Below, piece by piece: positions 36,100-38,721 of a DNA stretch of 38,721 bases. Position numbers and translations under genes: made by a program. Numbering within the stretch: the first letter of the stretch is position 1; each line of letters starts with the position of its first letter. The notes under the pieces were generated by a model. It searched no databases and was not told the origin of the DNA. It saw only the letters and a list, made by a program, of their open reading frames with translations. Source of the DNA: an uncultured archaeon (lineage in GTDB: Archaea > Asgardarchaeota > Lokiarchaeia > Sigyniarchaeales > SOKP01); NCBI GenBank assembly GCA_964525635.1, contig CAZGJX010000030.1, forward strand, positions 1-38,721, read 5' to 3'.

Positions 36100-38034
36100 A
36101 TGTCAAAAACTAAAAATATAACTATTCCTGATGATGTAGAAGGATATTCACAGACTAGAATAGACGTAGACTTAACAAAAGGTACAATAAAAGAAACTGT
36201 TCTATCAAATGATTTTGTTGCGAATTGGATAGGTGGTTATGGATTTGGTGCTAAAATCTTATGGGATGAATTAAAGCCAGGTGCTGATCCCTTAGGTCCT
36301 GATAATATCTTTATTTTTTCAATTGGCCCATTCCCTGGAACTATTTTACCTACTAGCTCTAAATATGGTGTTTTTGCAAAATCTCCACTCACTAATATGT
36401 TTGGAATGGCTATATCTTCGGGTTCTGTAGGTGCTCAAGCTAGACGTGCGGGAATAAATGCAATTATCTTTAAAGGTAAATCTCCTAAACCAGTATATTT
36501 GGTAATTGATGATGATGATAGATATTTGGTGCCATGTGAAAATACAGTATGGGGTAAAGGATGTTGGGATACTGAAGAGATTCTACGAGAGGAATTCCAA
36601 GATCATCGATTAGCAGTAATGGCAATAGGTCAGGCAGGGGAGAGAATGAGTAGAATGGCTTGTATTACTAACGATAGAAATAGACAAGCGGGAAGAACTG
36701 GTATGGGGGCTGTAATGGGATCAAAAAACTTAAAAGCAGTATGTTTTAGAGGAACCAAACCAATAAAAGTTGCTAAACCTAAGGAATTCTATCAAATAGC
36801 TAAAAAATTAATTAAAGTCGCAAATGGACCAGCAACTTCAAAATATCGAGATCAAGGAACTCCTGCAGGTTTAGTAAGTTATAATAAATTAGGAATGATG
36901 CCAACATTCAATTACCGGGAAGGAACATGGGAGAAAATTACCAATGGAGAATTTACAGGAGATACTTTAAATAATGAATGGGTTGTTAAGAAAGTCGCTT
37001 GTTCTCAATGCTCTATTGCTTGTGATCATTTAGCTAGAGTACCTAAAACCCATCCAGATTATCCTAACCTCGTAGCTAGTGTTGATGTTGAATTATTATA
37101 TGGATTTGGGACTGCCATTGGAAATGCTGATTGGCCAACTGTCTTTAAATGCATAACTCTATGTGATGATTTAGGTATAGACGCTATTTCAGGTGGAGTT
37201 ACAGCAGCTATGGCTTGTGAATTATTTGAAGATGGATTAATTACCAAAGATGATTTAGGATATGAATTACCATTTGGTTCTACTAAAAATCTTGCTAAAT
37301 TTACTGAAGAGATGATTCTTGGCCAAGGTTTTGCTGGTGAAATCTTTGGAGATGGAACAAGATTAGCTGGAAAGAGATTAGAAGAAATGGGAAGAAAGAA
37401 TGCAGGTTATTATGGTATGCAAATAAAAGGTCTTGAAATGCCTGCTTTTGATATTCATGGTATGACCTCTTTTGCTGTTGGAGAGAGTGTATCTATAAGA
37501 GGTGCTTGTCATCTTAGAAATGGCGCTTATGGTCTCGATGCTAAGGGTACATTCGATAGATTTGCATATGATAAACCACTTGAACGGGGTAAAAAAATTA
37601 TTGATTTGGAAGATGTTTATGCTGTAATTGATTCTTATATTATTTGTAAATTTACTCGGGGTATTTATGAAGATGATGATGAAATGGCTAAAGTTTATGA
37701 ACTTGTCACGGGTGTTAATCACACAGGTGATTCTATGAAGGAGAGAGGAACAGCAATCGTTACATTATCTAAATGTTTTAATATACGAGAAGGATGGACC
37801 CGAGCAGATGATCATCCTCCAGAAAAATTCTTTAAAGATGCCCATACTAAAGGCCCAGCTAAGGGTATTACTTTAAAAGAAGATGGATTTCAGACATTGC
37901 TAAGTGGATATTATGAAGCAAGAGGGTGGGATAAAGAAACAGGAATTCCTACTAATGCAACTTTAAAAAGTTTAGGTCTTGATTTTGTTATAGGAAATTT
38001 GGAACCAACCAAAAATAAAGGAGGCAAAAAATAA
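36100..38034 (+). CDS. aor: Tungsten-dependent aldehyde:ferredoxin oxidoreductase family protein
   Basis: Motifs: IGGYGFG, DPLGPDN, KSPLT, IGQAGE, AGRTGMGAVMGSKNLKA, CSQCSIAC, DDLGIDAIS, KGLEMPAFD, RGACH, FNIREG, YYEARGWD..GIP. ATG at 36100 preferred over TTG at 36064. Confidence 0.95.
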   Translation: MSKTKNITIPDDVEGYSQTRIDVDLTKGTIKETVLSNDFVANWIGGYGFGAKILWDELKPGADPLGPDNIFIFSIGPFPGTILPTSSKYGVFAKSPLTNMFGMAISSGSVGAQARRAGINAIIFKGKSPKPVYLVIDDDDRYLVPCENTVWGKGCWDTEEILREEFQDHRLAVMAIGQAGERMSRMACITNDRNRQAGRTGMGAVMGSKNLKAVCFRGTKPIKVAKPKEFYQIAKKLIKVANGPATSKYRDQGTPAGLVSYNKLGMMPTFNYREGTWEKITNGEFTGDTLNNEWVVKKVACSQCSIACDHLARVPKTHPDYPNLVASVDVELLYGFGTAIGNADWPTVFKCITLCDDLGIDAISGGVTAAMACELFEDGLITKDDLGYELPFGSTKNLAKFTEEMILGQGFAGEIFGDGTRLAGKRLEEMGRKNAGYYGMQIKGLEMPAFDIHGMTSFAVGESVSIRGACHLRNGAYGLDAKGTFDRFAYDKPLERGKKIIDLEDVYAVIDSYIICKFTRGIYEDDDEMAKVYELVTGVNHTGDSMKERGTAIVTLSKCFNIREGWTRADDHPPEKFFKDAHTKGPAKGITLKEDGFQTLLSGYYEARGWDKETGIPTNATLKSLGLDFVIGNLEPTKNKGGKK

Positions 38035-38577
38035 ATGTCATCTATAAAAAAGAAAAAAATCCATCAATTTATTATCGTTGACCCTGAATTGTGTACTGGA
38101 TGCGAGACGTGTGAATCAGTATGCTCAATGGTCCACGATGGAGTCTTCAACCCAATCAACACAAGAATTCATCGAGTTCGGGTAGAGCCTATATTTAATA
38201 TAGCATTAGCTTGCCAAAAATGTGAAGATGCTCCTTGTATACGTGCCTGCCCAGAGAAAGCACTCGATAAGAATGATGAGGGTTGTATTGTAGTAAATAA
38301 TGATAAATGTAATGGATGTGGATTCTGTATTAGAGCTTGCGATTTTGGAGTGATTTCACTTCATTTGGATTCACAAAAAGCCTTGGTATGTGACCTATGC
38401 GAAGGAATGAGAGAGGAATTTATAGATCCCGCCGTTGGAAAAAGAGAGCCACAATGTATCGTCGTCTGCCCCAAAGAAGCCATTTCCCTAAAAACGGTAG
38501 AGCAAATCGGCGAAGAGACGCGTCTTGATGCTATAAAGCGCTTATTTTCAGAGCAACTTCAAGAATATGAAAGTTAA
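38035..38577 (+). CDS. 4x[4Fe-4S] ferredoxin-like electron-transfer subunit (DmsB/HydN/AorA type), partner of AOR
   Basis: Motifs: CTGCETCESVC, CQKCEDAPCIRACP, CNGCGFCIRACDFG, CDLC...PQCIVVCP. The start immediately abuts the AOR stop, with GGAGG upstream. Confidence 0.93.
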   Translation: MSSIKKKKIHQFIIVDPELCTGCETCESVCSMVHDGVFNPINTRIHRVRVEPIFNIALACQKCEDAPCIRACPEKALDKNDEGCIVVNNDKCNGCGFCIRACDFGVISLHLDSQKALVCDLCEGMREEFIDPAVGKREPQCIVVCPKEAISLKTVEQIGEETRLDAIKRLFSEQLQEYES

Positions 38578-38721
38578 AATAGTTATACTTATTTTTCTTT
38601 ACTTTTTTTTATACATATCTTAATTGATAATAAGAACTTCTTATTCTAAAAAAAAAAAGTTATAAATCTTAAGTTTACAAGTTAGGGATAGTAAAAAGAT
38701 TTTTTCGTGATATACTCCTCG

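Noticed and set aside
37059-37722. ORFs 37059..37247 and 37378..37722 (-)
   Set aside because: Antisense shadows of AOR.
38035-38577. Visibly higher GC in the ferredoxin-like gene as a sign of horizontal transfer
   Set aside because: It is tightly coupled to AOR, and Cys/Gly/Pro-rich composition or expression-linked codon use can explain it. I could not quantify the shift.
1-38721. CRISPR array, tRNA/rRNA, IS element or integrase
   Set aside because: No regularly spaced repeats, GC-rich structured RNA-like segments, transposase or recombinase motifs were seen. Intergenic regions are A/T homopolymer-rich low-complexity sequence.

Overview
A very AT-rich window with prokaryotic gene organisation that most likely comes from an Asgard archaeon of the Lokiarchaeia type. 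This is inferred from a Rab-like small GTPase without a prenylation tail, a longin-like domain fusion, an F420-hydrogenase-beta-like protein, a tungsten AOR, and many orphan membrane and coiled-coil proteins. I found no rRNA, tRNA, CRISPR array, transposase or integrase. Recognisable genes are a GH2 beta-mannosidase, a GT4 glycosyltransferase, TatD, DUF6125, a DMT transporter fused to an Lrp/AsnC domain plus a stand-alone Lrp/AsnC domain, a family-5 solute-binding protein, an SNF2/RapA-like ATPase, an FrhB-like protein, and AOR with its 4Fe-4S partner. Main candidates for new biology: (1) an orphan solute-binding protein ending in two Ig-like repeats and a complete dockerin, implying a cohesin-type surface scaffold; (2) an FG-GAP/integrin-like propeller fused to a multi-pass membrane domain that also occurs stand-alone in this window, divergent from a Rab-like GTPase and a kinase-less HisKA membrane protein; (3) a stand-alone methyltransferase resembling the eukaryotic ZCCHC4/EEF1AKMT1 family; (4) a CBS-longin fusion; (5) a two-gene carbohydrate islet bracketed by a direct duplication of the tatD 3' half; (6) Cys-rich microproteins missed by the ORF track. 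All family calls are from motif recognition by eye; no searches were run.
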